The notes under the pieces were generated by a model, which was not told the DNA's origin, ran no database searches, and worked only from the letters and a program-made list of their open reading frames with translations. The position numbers and the translations under genes are program-made. DNA of 64,000 nucleotides from Schmidtea polychroa. Lineage: Eukaryota. The stretch covers positions 183,136,312 through 183,200,311 of the forward strand of contig CM097886.1 in NCBI GenBank assembly GCA_044892525.1, written 5' to 3'. Below are positions 33,801-49,300 of this stretch, piece after piece (the first letter of the stretch is position 1; each line of letters starts with the position of its first letter).

Positions 33801-36800
33801 GCCTTTATTCATTGGCAACAGGTGTAATCATTGTAGATCCTGATCCTGAACCAATTAAAATATGGATCGCGTCTGTGTGCGCGTTGATTACACCTAACCG
33901 CGAAAGTTAACATTGTCTATAATATAAGTTGGTGTGCACACCACCTGAGGTGAGTCACCAATTATATGACAATGTTAACTTAATTTCATTTATTCAATTT
34001 TCCAAAAATCGTTTAAAGGTAAGTTTTTGCATTGAAGTAATTTTTAGGACTTGATTTTGATTTTATATAATTATGAGATCATTATTCAAGTTCTTAAATA
34101 TTACTGTTAGTCAGCATTTATAATATTGATAATATATAACATTGATAATTAAATTTCAGGTGTTTTTTTAGGAATTTTATCGTATTTTATTTGGATTTAT
34201 TTGGATTTATTTCGTAAAAATGTAAGTTAGATATTTTTATAATTATAAATATGTAAAGTAATCACTAAACATTTATTTTTTAAAGACATTTAGTAAAGAA
34301 TGGATAAAATATTTTTTAAGTTTTTGTAATCTTCTTTCGAATTTTGTCTATTTCTGTAATTCTATGATTTAATTTATTAAAATTTACGATTTGCGATGTT
34401 TTTCCTGCAAATTCAAAGATGTCGAAGGATCTTCTTCAATATCTGTAAATCTAAAGAAATTTTATATTCTAAATTATTTTATAATTAAATCTTACGATGT
34501 ATTTACTTCTTTTTCCCTAAAGCTCAACGTAGAGCAGTCGGAATCTGATTCAAAAGTTTTTTTGTACATAATTTTTTAAATAATTTTAAAATATTGATAT
34601 GTTAATTATATGTTAATCAATCTGAATTTCGCATGAAAAACACTTTACTTAATTTTGTATGTATTTTTCATTATGTGTGCTGTGTTTGTATGCTTAATTA
34701 TTTTCTCTCACTTTTTAGATTCCTATAATAAATATGTTAAATTTCGCGGCATTAAATTTCTACACACAGGTAAGTTTGTGTGTTCCTATAATATATATTT
34801 ATTGATTTTTTTTTTAGATTATAGATAATGTTATATTTCGCGGTTAGGTGTATTTGTTGGGATTGCTTGTTGAGTGCGCACACAGACACGAGGCAATGTT
34901 TGTGTGTTGGTGCTGGCTATTTATTATTTGTGGGTTCTGGAAGGACATTATTATTGGTTGTTTGGATGAACTAATTGGATCGCTTTTGAATATTGATATT
35001 TTGTTTGGTTCATAAAACTTGCTAATGGTTAGGGCTAATAAATCAGGAATGTGCAAAGGTGGATTTGCCGGAGGTGATGCTTCATGAGCTGTGGTGCTCT
35101 CAATTGCTGGGCGCATTCTAGACATGGAGGTTTGACAGATTATTTGATGGCAATACGAACAGGACGATATTACAGGTTTATAACCACAGCGCAAAGGAGA
35201 ATTTGTTCGAGATATTAAAGAACAAATGTGTTTCATTGCTCTTGTTGTTGAGCAAGCAATGCAGGCTGCTGCTTTATCATCGCTTCCTGATGAGTTATGA
35301 ACTACCAGATGATCAATTTATAACCATTGGAAATGAAATATTGAGATGTCCAGAAGCTTTGTTACATCCATCGTTCTTGTGAATGGATATTGTTGGTATT
35401 CAGGAGGCAACTTATGACAGCATTACATTTTCTGCAGGACTAAAAAGATATGATTTGATCCTTCCGTAATGCTTCTAGATCAGGGGTGCCCACTAATTTT
35501 TCTAGGAGAGCTACATTCACATCCAAAATGTGTATGCGATCTACTTTTTTAATACTTACATAATATTTACCTACAATGCAATAAATTCATCACAATAAAA
35601 CAAATATATGTCAAAATATGGAAAATTAAAGTATATAACTATTTATTATAAAAAAATGTAACTTAGGAAATCAAATTTAATGAAAATTATTTTTATATAG
35701 AACTTTTCGATGTTGATGCTCTACATTGGGTTGAATCCACTAGATTTTTGTAGTTTGGGATATAAGTGCTAAGACAACTTCTTAGGCTGGATTCCAAATG
35801 GTCATCTGTTAATGTTGCTCGGTACTTTGACTTTATAATTTTCAGATTGTGAAAAAGCAGAATCACATAAATAAGTTGAACCAAAACATGATACTAAATT
35901 TTCGAAGCATTTTTTCAAGTTTGAATATTTATCCTCTGATAGATATTTCCATACATTTGCTTCGGAAGATCTTGATTTAATGAAGATATCATTTTGAAGT
36001 GTGATTATTTCCATTTCAAGTATAGGGATATCCATTTTAAACAAAGTTGAAATTGAATCTGCAACAATTTCTGGTTTTATTTTTGGATTAAACGGAAAGG
36101 ACATAAATGCAGCCACAATTTCAAGTTTCTTGGAGTCTTGAAAACGTCTCTCGAACTCTAAAACCAAAATTTTGATCTGTTTCGCATATCTCGTAATATT
36201 AAAGTTGACATTTTCAGATTCTTTTAATTGTGACAACATATTTGGAAAATAACTTAAATTTTTGTCTTCTATTTTGGTAATAAGTAAATGAAGCTTCTGT
36301 ATAAATGCATTGATTGAACTTATCATATCGAATATCAATTTATCCTTACCTTGTAAATCGAGATTTAATTCATTCAGAATTGCAGTAATATCTACTAAAA
36401 ATGCCAAATCCAAGAGCCAAACATCATCTTCCAATTGCTTGAACTCATCACCTCTTGCGGCAAGGAACAACTTAATCTCAGAAAGCAAATCTCTAAATCT
36501 TTGTAAGAATTTTCCTCTACTTAGCCATCTTACATCTGAAGGCATCAGTAATTCAGTAGGACCTTCGCTATTACTTTCTTCAATTTGTAATTTGAAAAGT
36601 CGTCTCTGAAGACTTCTTGCACGAATCGAGTTAGCAATTTTGAATGTTATTTCCATAATATCTCTCATATTCAGAATTTTAGCACACAAGGCTTGTTGAT
36701 GAATAATACAGTGGTAGGAAAGAAAATCTGGGAATTCACAATCATTCCTACAATATGCTATAAATCCGTTGTGACGCCCTGTCATAGCTGGTGCGCCATC

Positions 36801-39800
36801 TGTTGTTATCGATACAAGCTTACAAATTTGGAGCTGAATGCTGTTGGCATAAGCTTTAAAATTCTGAAATATATCCTCACCTCGAGTTTTACTTTTGAGT
36901 GGTATAATTGTTAATAATTCTTCCTTCGTAGAAAAATCTTTAAAGACCATTCGAATAAAAATTATAAGCTGCGAAATATCAGCCGCATCAGTTGATTCGT
37001 CTGCTTGCAATGAAAATGCGGTACAATTTCCTATGTCTAACATTAACTGATTTTTTAAATTGGAACTTATTTCTTGGACTCTCCGTGTAACTGTATTACG
37101 GGACAATTGCATATCAGTAATAGCAGAAATTATATCTGATTTATTTTTAAAATCACAAAATAATGATTCTGCCGCTTCTAAAAATGCTTCTTTTACAATT
37201 ACTCCATCACTAAAAGATTTCTTATTTTTTGCCAGAATGTAGCTTACCGGAAAGATGCAGCTGTAGCTGACTTTGATTTGGATGTTAACTTCGTAAAAAA
37301 TGACTGTTGAAAAGAAATGCATGTTTTCAGTTCCATGATTTTAGACTTGCGTAGTTCACTGTCAAGTGGATAATCAACTGCAAAAGTCTTATGAATTGTC
37401 TTGAAATGCCTTTCCAAATTCCCTCTTTTTGGTAATGAAATAGTAGCTTTACAAATTAAGCAACAACATTTACCTTTAATCATTACAAAAAAGTACTCCT
37501 TCTCCATTTCTTCGCTATAATGATAAGTCTTGGCTTTTTAATTTAGCATTTTTAAACAAAATTAATTTAACAAAAAAGCTTAAGAAAATTTTTCACTTTG
37601 TTACACCAACCAAAATTAAATTTAACTAAATAAACAAAATTAAATTAAACTAAATTAAACTAAATAACATTTTGGAAATAGTGAAATCAAAATTAAAAAA
37701 TGTTATTTAGTATTACCATAGAAATGGAACACAGAACATGAAAATTGGCAAAAAATTTAAGCATAAAATAGAAATTTTATATAAAATCTAAATTTATATA
37801 AAAAATATTTTTATGAAGATCTACTAAAAAATCCTTCGCGATCTACCGGTAGATCGCGATCGACCTTATGGGCACCCCTGTTCTAGATGTTCCCGTGGCA
37901 TTGTAACCAATGACCAAATAATAACCAAATCAAACATTTCATTTGGCACTCAAAATAATTATTTCACAGAAATTATTTCTATTTTCTTTAACAAATTAAT
38001 TAAAAGTTTTAGTTTGATAAAGTTTCACATCAATACAAGTATTAATATCGAAATAATAAAAGCAGATCGATTGCATATTAATTTAAATTAAATCAATTAA
38101 TTAATTAATCAATTAACTAATAAATAATTTACCATTTTCATTTCCGGAATATCGATTAATATTCTGTAAATAATAGAAATATAAAATTCAAATCAAATAA
38201 ATTGTGACATTTCCTCACCTCAACAGATCTCACAACATCGGCACCCCGGTTCACCAGTTGAGCACAAACATTTACCATCCCTCGAATAACTGCACAGTGT
38301 AGGCCAGTCAACCCCATCTATATCTCACATAATTATTCAATCAATAAACAACAAATCTCACAAATCCAGCATGATCAATATCAATTGATCGATCTATCAA
38401 ATATTCACAATTGTCCTCCAATCCACTCGCAATCGCCTCATGCAATGGAGTTTGTGAATACTAAATAATGCCAATATATCAATATCAATATTGAATACTC
38501 TATTGAATTACTTTGTTTTGTGTATTGGTATCGATCTCAAATTGCTGCAATACATTGATGCATTTCCTATGATGCAGCGAATGGGCCAAGGCCAATGCAG
38601 TCCCCATTGTCTACAAATATATTGATTTGATCATTTCAATAAACACATACTTCATTATTTGCATTGATATCTACAATGTCCTGATTATCTAGTATAAATT
38701 TGGTCATATCGGCATCATTATCAGATATTGCTGTGTGTAATATGGTGAAATTGACCTTGATAATAAATAAAATTAATTATTGATTTTGCATTATTCTGAT
38801 GCACCTTTTGTCGTGATTCCATCAGAATCATTCGTTCTTGTATTTCTTCTTGTATTTCCACGAATCCTTTTTCCTTTGCTTTGTCAATGGCCTTGATCCA
38901 TAACTGAATGATGAAATCAATGCTGATTTAATCAATTTCATCTCAAATTAGTTAATAATAATAATAATAATAATAACAATAATAACAAAAAACAGGTAAA
39001 TGATAAGGTAAGCATTTGCTGCAAAATCTTTATTAAGTGAGAAAATTATTTATATAAAATAATTCAATTCGATCTTTCATAATTTTGCTTCAATGTTGAA
39101 ATGCTTGCATGATTTCCTTTTAAAATTCATTTCTGATTTTTATTTGTTCAAAAATTGATTAATTAAAATTACTGAAATGTAAAGCATAAAATATTTACGT
39201 GTTGACATATTTGAAAATATGTCCTACCAGTCAACTCAGGAAATTATTCACTATAAAATAGCGCTTAAAAGATTTCAAATATCTCAACTGGTTCTACTGT
39301 AACTGATGTAAGCGCTTAGGAACACTAATCCCCTAGCCATGGGATATATTAGTCGCTATCATATTATTAATATATTATTATCATATCAGACTATTATCAT
39401 ATTATTAATTTTGATCCCAGAAATTATTTGTCGGAAACATTTTTAAAAACCTGTTTGTATGTATCCAATAGTAACAAATTATTACTATTATTATTATAAG
39501 AACTTATTTTAAAAATTTTACCACAGATTTCCATTGACATTATATTTATTTAAAAGCTTGACTATGAATCAGTAAATATATCGATATAATTGATATGCAC
39601 GAATTTTCGACACCGCCTTTTTCAATTGAATTATTATTATTAATATGATTTGACATAATGAAATAACAAAATTCATAAATGTATTTTATCACAATTTTTA
39701 ATTATTTAAACAAATTTAATATTTTGGTAAATGGTTTTGTGTGATTAATGCTTTTCTAATCACAACAATTCACTCCTCCTAATTTGATTGCTCTGCTGGC

Positions 39801-42800
39801 TATAGACGATCAACTGATAAATTCTCTAATACATAGCTTGAAATATTTTGGCTGCTTTTCTAATAGACGAAACGGACCATTATATGGAGCTTCTAATGAT
39901 TTCCGTACATCTTTTCTCATGTACACGAATTCACAATCCTTAATATATTTATTGATCGTCATACAATCTTGCAATGGTCTTTCGATTATTCTGAAGCTCT
40001 CAATAATTTCTTTAAATTGATATGGAGAAGCTTCTATTTATGAATTAAAAATAATTCCTGGTACAGCAAGATCACATTCAAATGCTTTTTGTGTCGGAGA
40101 ATAACCTGCTGAATCCCGACTGTTCCTTATCGTTAACAGTACCTGAGGTAAAACGTCAAACTTTTAATTTAATTTTATTCATTTTATTAATTTATTATTA
40201 ATTTTATCCATTGAAGCCATTTCTTGAGATTTTAGTGTCTGATGGAATTCTGCAACTTTACAATTGGCTTGGGAATGATAAGCGCATGTTTGATTTGTAT
40301 TTATTTCAAGAAAGTTGAACATATACTGGAATAAAGAGTTTGTAAATTGATCTGTTACAATTTCAGATGGGATTCCATATCGGGAAATCCCCACTTCAAT
40401 TAGTGATTTTGCCACAGTTTCTGAATCTATATATTAAATGGCCAATACCTCAGGGTAATATGTTTAACTATCGATCATTGTTAGTAGATAGGACTTCTCG
40501 TTATTTGCTAGGAAGATTTGCAATTCTGCTTTGATATGACGATATACTTTTGATTTTAAGCAGGAATCGCGTTGCTGACACAACATCTGGACATCCTTTG
40601 TCATCTTGTGTCATGTATATGAACTCAACATCAATATCTTGGCCATTCGTATTTCTGGATGAGCGACATATTTGGGTATATAGACAGTACTGTGCGAATT
40701 AGTGTGAATATGAAATAATTTACATGTTTTATCATCTAGTTATACGACCATGTCAAAATTAGCTCCAGTTTAGTTTTACTGTTCTTATATTTGTTGTGTA
40801 ATAACGTATTGGAGTTTACAGACGTGTTGTTATAGATAATTTAGTAAATTCTATTGTGCTTCCTTTAATTTTTTACTAAGACTATCCAAACTATTCTAAT
40901 CTTTGTTTCTTTCTTATTTTAAAAGATGAATGTTTCTCCCAAGAAGAGCACAAAAATTGTTACCTTAAGTGAACACATCAATGTATCAAAGAGATATTGC
41001 CAAAGAGTGTGGTGCGAGTTTAGGAGCTGTAATCAACATTTTAAAACAAAAGAAGGAATTTGAGACGGTTTAGGCGAATAGAAAAGGAAAATGTGGAAGG
41101 AAGAGGAAGACAATAATAGATGAATTTATAATAGGAGTAAGTAAATTGAATTCTAGAGAAAATAACCAGCAACTTCAGAAAGGCTTAGCACATGGTGGAG
41201 TTATTATTCCCGATTCCACAGCTTGACAATGGCTTATCAAAGTTAGAACAAGTCTAATAGACCTCAAAAAAAAAACAATTATTGAGCTTTGTTTAAAAAA
41301 GTGACAACGAAAACTTTACGACAGCTCATATCAATAGAATCATTAAACGCGATAAGGACGATGTTTTGATCTGGTTATTGTATAAAGGTACCGGATCCCT
41401 TGTGTCGGTTGAAGGCATGATAAAGGCGCTTTGTTTAATTTGTAGAAATATCGTAGCTGTTTTTAAAGATTATAATTTAAAACGGCATTATTTTCAAAAA
41501 TATGTTTCCACGTATGATGATTACGACGGAATGTATCGTAAAGATAAAGTAGCTGGACTTAAGGAAAATCTGTTTTCTCAACAAACATTTTTCAAGAGAA
41601 TTGTCACTCAAAATTATTCTGTCGTAAAAGTCAGTTATGTGGTAACAAATATAATTGCAAAGAAGTCGAAACCCTTCACAGATCGCAAATTTATTAAGTA
41701 ATGTTTGGAAAGTCTAGCTGACATTATTTGTCCAGATAAAAAATCAGACATATCAAAAATCAGTTTATCGCAACTAACTATAGGAGGACGAATTAAAGAT
41801 ATTCAGGACACCTTTGTCCATTGTGAGGCGTTTTGTAATTTGTATTTAAATAATGGTATGATGTTGTGCTTGTTTGATTGTATGCTGAAATCCTTACTTA
41901 TACATTAATTATTATTTTTTAGAAACTCATAAAACAAATTAACGTTATAATTTGTTTTAATAATATTTGTGTTTTTATAATAAACGTGTTTTAGTTATGG
42001 ATTCTATTAATACCCGTAGCTCTGTGGCTAATATGGCGACGACGATTGCAAATTTTATCAAGCCACAAGAAACATATGACATGAATTCAGACGTGGAAGA
42101 TTTTATCTTAGAAACGGAACGATTCTTCGAGATGACAAATATTGTCGATGAATACAGAAGCAAATTCGTCAAAGCTTTTCTATCAATCAATTCAACGAAG
42201 AAATATGAGTTGACTAATGAAACTCTGCATTATACAGAAAGATTAAGAAACGCTTTTGCTAAGAACAGAAGTCTTATCGATGATCTCAACGAAGCGCTAA
42301 ATTATCGTCAAGGAAATGAGGCTGCCGAAGAATTCTGCTCAAAAATTGAGAAACTTGCAAAAAATATTTTGAAGCATAAACTTGATGAAGAAGAACTAAA
42401 GAAATTTTTGCTATTCAATTCGCTTGAAGATAAAGAAGTTAAAAAAGATCTCAAAATGCAAGATTTAAAATCATTTGATGAAATGAAAGAAAGATTAAAG
42501 AGACACGACCAAGTTTCAAAAGAAATTAATGTATTTCATGCTGATGTAGCTTCAATGAATAAAACACAACGCTATGCTGATGCTGTTAAGAAGAGCTTAC
42601 CAAGATATAGTTATGATAACAGATCAATTCGAGAACGAGAAGCTAATCCCAGATTCAAAGATGAATATAAAAGAGAACCTCAACATAATCCAAGATTCAA
42701 AGGCGATCTTACCAGAGAACATCGATATGCTATTTCAAATGAATGAAAACCTATGAATAGAAGTAAGCCTTATAATACCAGGGAATTTCATTCGCGAGAT

Positions 42801-45800
42801 CATGTCCAAACAAATCAAATTTTGCGATGTTGGGCGTGCCACGAAGAAGGTCATAGAAGATCTGAATGCCCCAATATTCAATGTGCCCATTGTAAAAGAT
42901 CTGGACATTTCAAACATCAGTGCCATGAGTTATTTCCAGGCAGACGTCGAAAATTCCATAAATCAGTGGCTGCATTCGGTGACGAGGATTCAGAGGCTGA
43001 TTTTGAGTACCCAAATGGGAATGCTCCACCACACGAGGAGGTGATCGGAGCAATAAATTAAAGGTAATTAATGATATGAGTAAGGGTTGTATGATTTTGA
43101 ATGATTGTGATAGGTTGAATGATTGTGATAGTTTGAATGATAACTGTTGTGATGGTGTTTTTGATTATAGAAATTATATTAATATATACATTAATAAATT
43201 TTGTATGGATGAAGTTTTCAAAGACCCACCCCTAACTTCTAATGAACTAAATGTTCTTAATCGTGATAAACGGAATGATATAATAGTATACGATAAAATG
43301 CAGGGAAGGCCCAGTGTTACCGTAATGATTAATAATGTAAAATTAGTATGCCTATTAGATACTGGAGCTAAAATAAGTGTGATTGATTATAATATTTTTA
43401 AAATACTTGGAAATTTGAATATGACTACAAGTAATCTGAAATTAAGATGTGCGAATTATAGCCCGATTGAAATTTGCGGTAAAACTTTATTAAATGTAAA
43501 AGTTGATAAAATTTCTGATATTAAAAAAGTAGAATTCGTTGTAGCCAAAGATATAAACCCAAAGTTGATAGGAGGTATAGATTTTCTCGAAAGATTTGGA
43601 ATGCAATTGCAAATAGAAAACCGTACAGACGAAATAAATACAATTATGGAAAATTCATTTAATAACCACATAAGTGAAGATAAGATTATAAATAATTTAA
43701 TTTCCACGTTTGACGGTATTTTTATGAAACATAAATGGGATGTTGGAAAAACCGAACTATTAAAGCATGAAATACTTACTAAAGGTTATAATAAACCCAA
43801 GACGACAACCTATACATTTAATAGAAAAAATTGAAGAAAATATTCAAGAAATGTTGAAATATGGCATTATATATGAATGTACATCTCCTTGGAATTCTCC
43901 ATTAGTATGTGTTAAAAAGAAAAACAGTAGTGATATAAGAATATGCTTGGATTACCGTGCTTTAAATAATATAACCGAAAGACCTATTTTTCCCATTCCA
44001 AATACTGATGAATTATTAGATATTCTTGACGGAGCAAAGTTTTTCTCGACAATTGATTTAGGCAATGCTTATAATCAAGAAGAACTCGATGATGCATCAA
44101 AATTGAAAACAGCATTTCCGACAAAAAGCAAGCAATATTACTTTAACAGAATGCCATTTGGAATAGCAGCCGCACCAGCAACATTTCAAAGACTTCTCGT
44201 TTCCGCCAATGGAACATTAGTAAAAAGACTACACACATCAAACGAAACCATCATTTCATCATCAGAACTTTTCTTCAGTGCAGCAATGAATGAAGCAAAT
44301 TCAAAGCTATCCTTACATTCGAACTCAGACGCCATTAAAGGTTTTAATAACCCATCCAAAAATTTGGCAATTTTATATTGAGCGGTTCCTACCATCGATA
44401 ACACTGGTCTCATAGACATACCTGCTTTATGTACTTTTGGAAGACCATAAAACTGGTTTATATACAACGCCTGATAGTTTTTGTGAGTTTAAATATAAAA
44501 GGAATATGGTGAGAGGATTAGTGTTTCGTGCTTGGTCACTATCCTCCACGTTTGCTAATTCAGTAAAAAGTATTGATGTATTAGTTGAGTTGTTACTTAA
44601 AAATGGCTACTCTAAATCTTCTCTTGAGAAGATGACAAAAGTGACCGTGGATAAGTTAATGTTTAAATCTGATAACGTTGGTATGTGTACGTCTGAATCT
44701 GAGGTACCTATTGATCCTGAGGAAAGAACTATGTTAAATTCGGAAAGTGACAAGAATCGATCCAATCGCATGGAGCAGAAATATGTGTTAGTATTGCCTT
44801 ATTCGGAGGGTTTCAGAGAATTTAAACATAAAATTCTCAAATATGTAGACAAGGATCAATTCAGGATTGTTTCCACTTCTTGCAAAGTTAGCAGTATGTT
44901 TACTAGTAAATGTCCAACGCCAATTGGTTTGTGTTCTGAGCTTGTGTATCAATTTTCATGTAATGGGTGTAATGCCATATACATTGGAGAGACTGCCCGT
45001 CATCTCTGCACCCGAGTTCTTGAACACTGTCGACCATAAGGATTGACTAATATTAGTAATCATGTTAGGAAATGTGTCAGTAAAAAAATAGGTATCTCTG
45101 ATTTTAAAATTATTTCAAAAGGTTTAAGTAATTATTGGGAACGAGTAACTTGTGAGTCATTGTTGATTAGATATTTAAATCCAAAAATAAATGATCAAGT
45201 TGCCCGTTCCACGGAGAATTTGAATGTGTTTAAGTAATTGAAGGATGAAGGTTGGGAGTCGTGTTTGTGGTATAATTATGTTTGTGTTTTGTAAACTATG
45301 TAATTTTTTTTAAATTTCTTAACTTTATGTTGAATGTTAAATGTTATTAAATTAAAATTTAATTTTAAAATAATATGTATGTGGGGCTATGTAAAATATG
45401 GTTTGGTTTTTTAAAATATTGTTTTTGAAATATTTTTTTTAAAATTTTTGATACAGTTTGGAGATGATTATTATTAGTTAATTTGTTTAGATATTGCATA
45501 TTTTATGTCTTATTATTGATTATCCAGATTGCGGCCTGACGAAGATTGTTGTACAATTGAAATATATCGCGTTTATGTTGAATTTATTGAGTTGGCATTT
45601 CTGTATTATTAAATCATTGCCACGTTTTTTTGATTATTAATAATAATAATATTAATTATTATTATTATAACAATCACTAAATGATGGCATCGATTTAAAT
45701 ATAAATAAAACGACAATCCAATATTAATAACTTTTTTTTAAAATTAAGAAATAATGAAATAACAAGTGATTATAAAGTAAAATTATTTATTGGTATATTT

Positions 45801-46285
45801 TGGATAGAAAAATAGAAATCGTTAATGAATTGCATAATTATATCTTTCTTGAATGTTGCTTTTTAAATTGCGTCTTTCAGAAGCTAGAGATATTCGTTTG
45901 AATGAGAATGCAAATGCCTTTATTGCTCTATTGATGCTAAATGTGCTAATGTTCATTGGAATTATTTCATAAACTTGCGTTCGAATTGACTCTGATGTTA
46001 TTGAAACATCCTCAAGAAAAAACCTCACGCAAATTCTTTTTCAGGCGTTAACAGTTTTCCTTCGTGGCTTTTCGTTGATTCAATCCTTCCACCTTTTTGT
46101 ATACACGGATAACACTCGCAACTGTTTGGTAATTTATATTTAATTAGTTTGAAATTTCTTTTATGCTTTAGCTGGGATATATTTATCGTAAACAAATAGC
46201 TCATCGAATCTGACAGCTTCATACTTACAGAGATTTACATTCACCCTTAATATTTTGATTTTGACATCATTATTGAAAAAAGAGA

Positions 46286-46330
<45 letters not shown>

Positions 46331-49300
46331 TTTAAATCAATAAATAATAATAAATTAATAAAATAACTTGTCAATATATTATATAATTCAAATAAATCAA
46401 TAATTATTCCATTTCCACAAAGTTTATGAAATATTTCAACATAAAATCGATCGCCTTCACTCAAATGCGAAATTTAAAAAATTTAACAAATCGATCTGAC
46501 GCTTCATAAAATATTTATTTAAAATTCATAAATAAACCAATCAGATATTTTCTCACCGATTTGTCGTAAACCGTTTTCTTCATGATCGATTCGACAAACA
46601 GATGATGGCCTTGATTGACAGCCAATTCCAGAAATGACAGCTCGCCCTAATCAATATCAATACAAATCCAAATAATTATTTGACCTTACGATTCTGCGCT
46701 GCCCATTGATAATGTGAGCAGAATTGAATCTCTTGAACCCGCTCATGTGCCCGTGAGTGATGCAGCGATAAAGGACGCACTGAAATTATTTATTTATTGA
46801 TTTATTCAAATAATCAGCTCACTTCTTTCATTAAATTTGCATTTTTGTCCATTTTTGCTGTCAGCAATTCAATTGCATTATTGATTTCCTATTGGTGAGA
46901 ATATTAATTATATCAATCAATAAGTCAATCAAACTTTATCATCAATTGGTTTGTCAAGGATTAATTTAATAATCTTATCAGCATTGGACTCGATTGCTCC
47001 CTCCAGCACAGCCAATCCAGGCTAAATATCAATTATTAAACAATCAGAATATCACAAATTTACATAAATATTCTGCATTATGAAATCAGAAGATTTGAGC
47101 AAATCACCAAATGCGATTGCATCATCCCGTTCAATGGCAGGAAATAACTGAAATATTTATTCAAATTGATTCATAATGAAATAATTCACACTTTCGCCGC
47201 ATGAGTCAATAATTCCACGCAATCAGCACGATTATATTGCTTTGCATAATCCAGCGGACTCTTTCCACCCTAAATAAATAATCCAATCAAAATATCCGAA
47301 TCAGCGAATCATTTAAACATCCCCATTCACAAACAGATCATTAAAGCCCTGTGGCAATAATTGGGTCTAAAACCGACACTGCAAAACCGCGTGCAAAGTG
47401 TAAATACCCGTGAGATATCATGCTAAAGAAATAGTTGAGAAATGGCAAATCTGATCAGAATTACTAGCCAATGGAATTGCCGATTTGCATTTATTAATGA
47501 ATTCTGTCAGTGGAGATCTTCAAATGAAGTCGACATTTCAATATTGCTTCATTCATTTCAGACATTTACTAAGACTGCATAAAATTCTCCAGTGCAAGGA
47601 ATAAATTGCCAGAAAAGCTGCTGGAAAAGCTTTTCATTCATTTTGAGGCGTTGCAGAAAATATTTCAAATAGCAAAAATTATTTCTGTTGAGAAGTGAAA
47701 AAGTGAATTAAAAATAAAATCGATAGCAAGGAAATAGCCAATTAAAATGCTGAATTTAATGTGAGAAGTAGAGAAATGCAAATTTACAGGAAATATTTTA
47801 CATATCAAAACGTAAACATTATTTGTGATGAACATCTGGCCTGCACAATCAATATTCAGTGGCCATTGTTCTGCTTGCATTGCAATTATTGGCCTGATCT
47901 GTTTCACGGTAATTTTGATACAAATGCTATGTAAATATATAATTATTATTTTTAGCTTTGTTTTTATCATTATCATTAAATTATTTGTGAAATGTCCGAA
48001 ATATTGGCAAATACAAATGAGAAACCCGATGAGTATTCTGGCAATGAAAGCGATGAACATTATGACAGTGAATATATCATACAATAGTGACAGCGACACT
48101 CCTGACAATGAAGGAGCTTCTTCCTCCTCAGAAAGCGAGAGTGAATATGAGAAATTTACAAAATAAAGGTGCGAATGTTACAGTTGATGAGCAACTATTT
48201 CCAACCAAGCTCGATGCTTTATAAATCATGACTTTGTTCTCACAATTTAGAAAGGTAAACCGAACTAAAGTTATTTTTAAACATAAATTCTCTTTCATTT
48301 TATAATAATATATCTGACCGAATGGCAAGGAAATGTAGCGTCAAATCTGGGCCTAGAATATGGCCGCTTCAAGTACCTTTCAATATGCTAGGCTTAGCTG
48401 CAATGAATGCCTCGATACCATATAAGGGAACCGCAGCAGATAACATATCAATATGCTAGGCATAGCTGCAATGAATGCCTTGATACCATATAAGGGAACT
48501 GCAGCAGATAACATATCAATATGCTAGGCCTAGCTGCAATGAATGCCTCGATACCATACAAGGGAACTGCAGCAGATAACATATCAATATGCTAGGCCTA
48601 GCTGCAATGAATGCCTCGATACCATACAAGGGAACTGCAGCAGATAACATATCAATATGCTAGGCATAGCTGCAATGAATGCCTCGATACCATATAAGGG
48701 AACAGCAGCAGATAACATATCAATATGCTAGGCCTAGCTGCAATGAATGCCTCGATACCATACAAGGGAACTGCAGCAGATAACATATCAATATGCTAGG
48801 CCTAGCTGCAATGAATGCCTCGATACCATATAAGGGAACTGCAGCAGATAACATATCAATATGCTAGGCCTAGCTGCAATGAATGCCTCGATACCATATA
48901 AGGGAACCGCAGCAGATAACATATCAATATGCTAGGCCTAGCTGCAATGAATGCCTCGATACCATATAAGGGAACTGCAGCAGATAACATATCAATATGC
49001 TAGGCCTAGCTGCAATGAATGCCTCGATACCATATAAGGGAACTGCAGCAGATAACATATCAATATGCTAGGCATAGCTGCAATGAATGCCTCGATACCA
49101 TATAAGGGAATAGCAGCAGATAACATATCAATATGCTAGGCCTAGCTGCAATGAATGCCTCGATACCATATAAGGGAACTGCAGCAGATAACATATCAAT
49201 ATGCTAGGCCTAGCTGCAATGAATGCCTCGATACCATATAAGGGAACCGCAGCAGATAACATATCAATATGCTAGGCCTAGCTGCAATGAATGCATCGAT

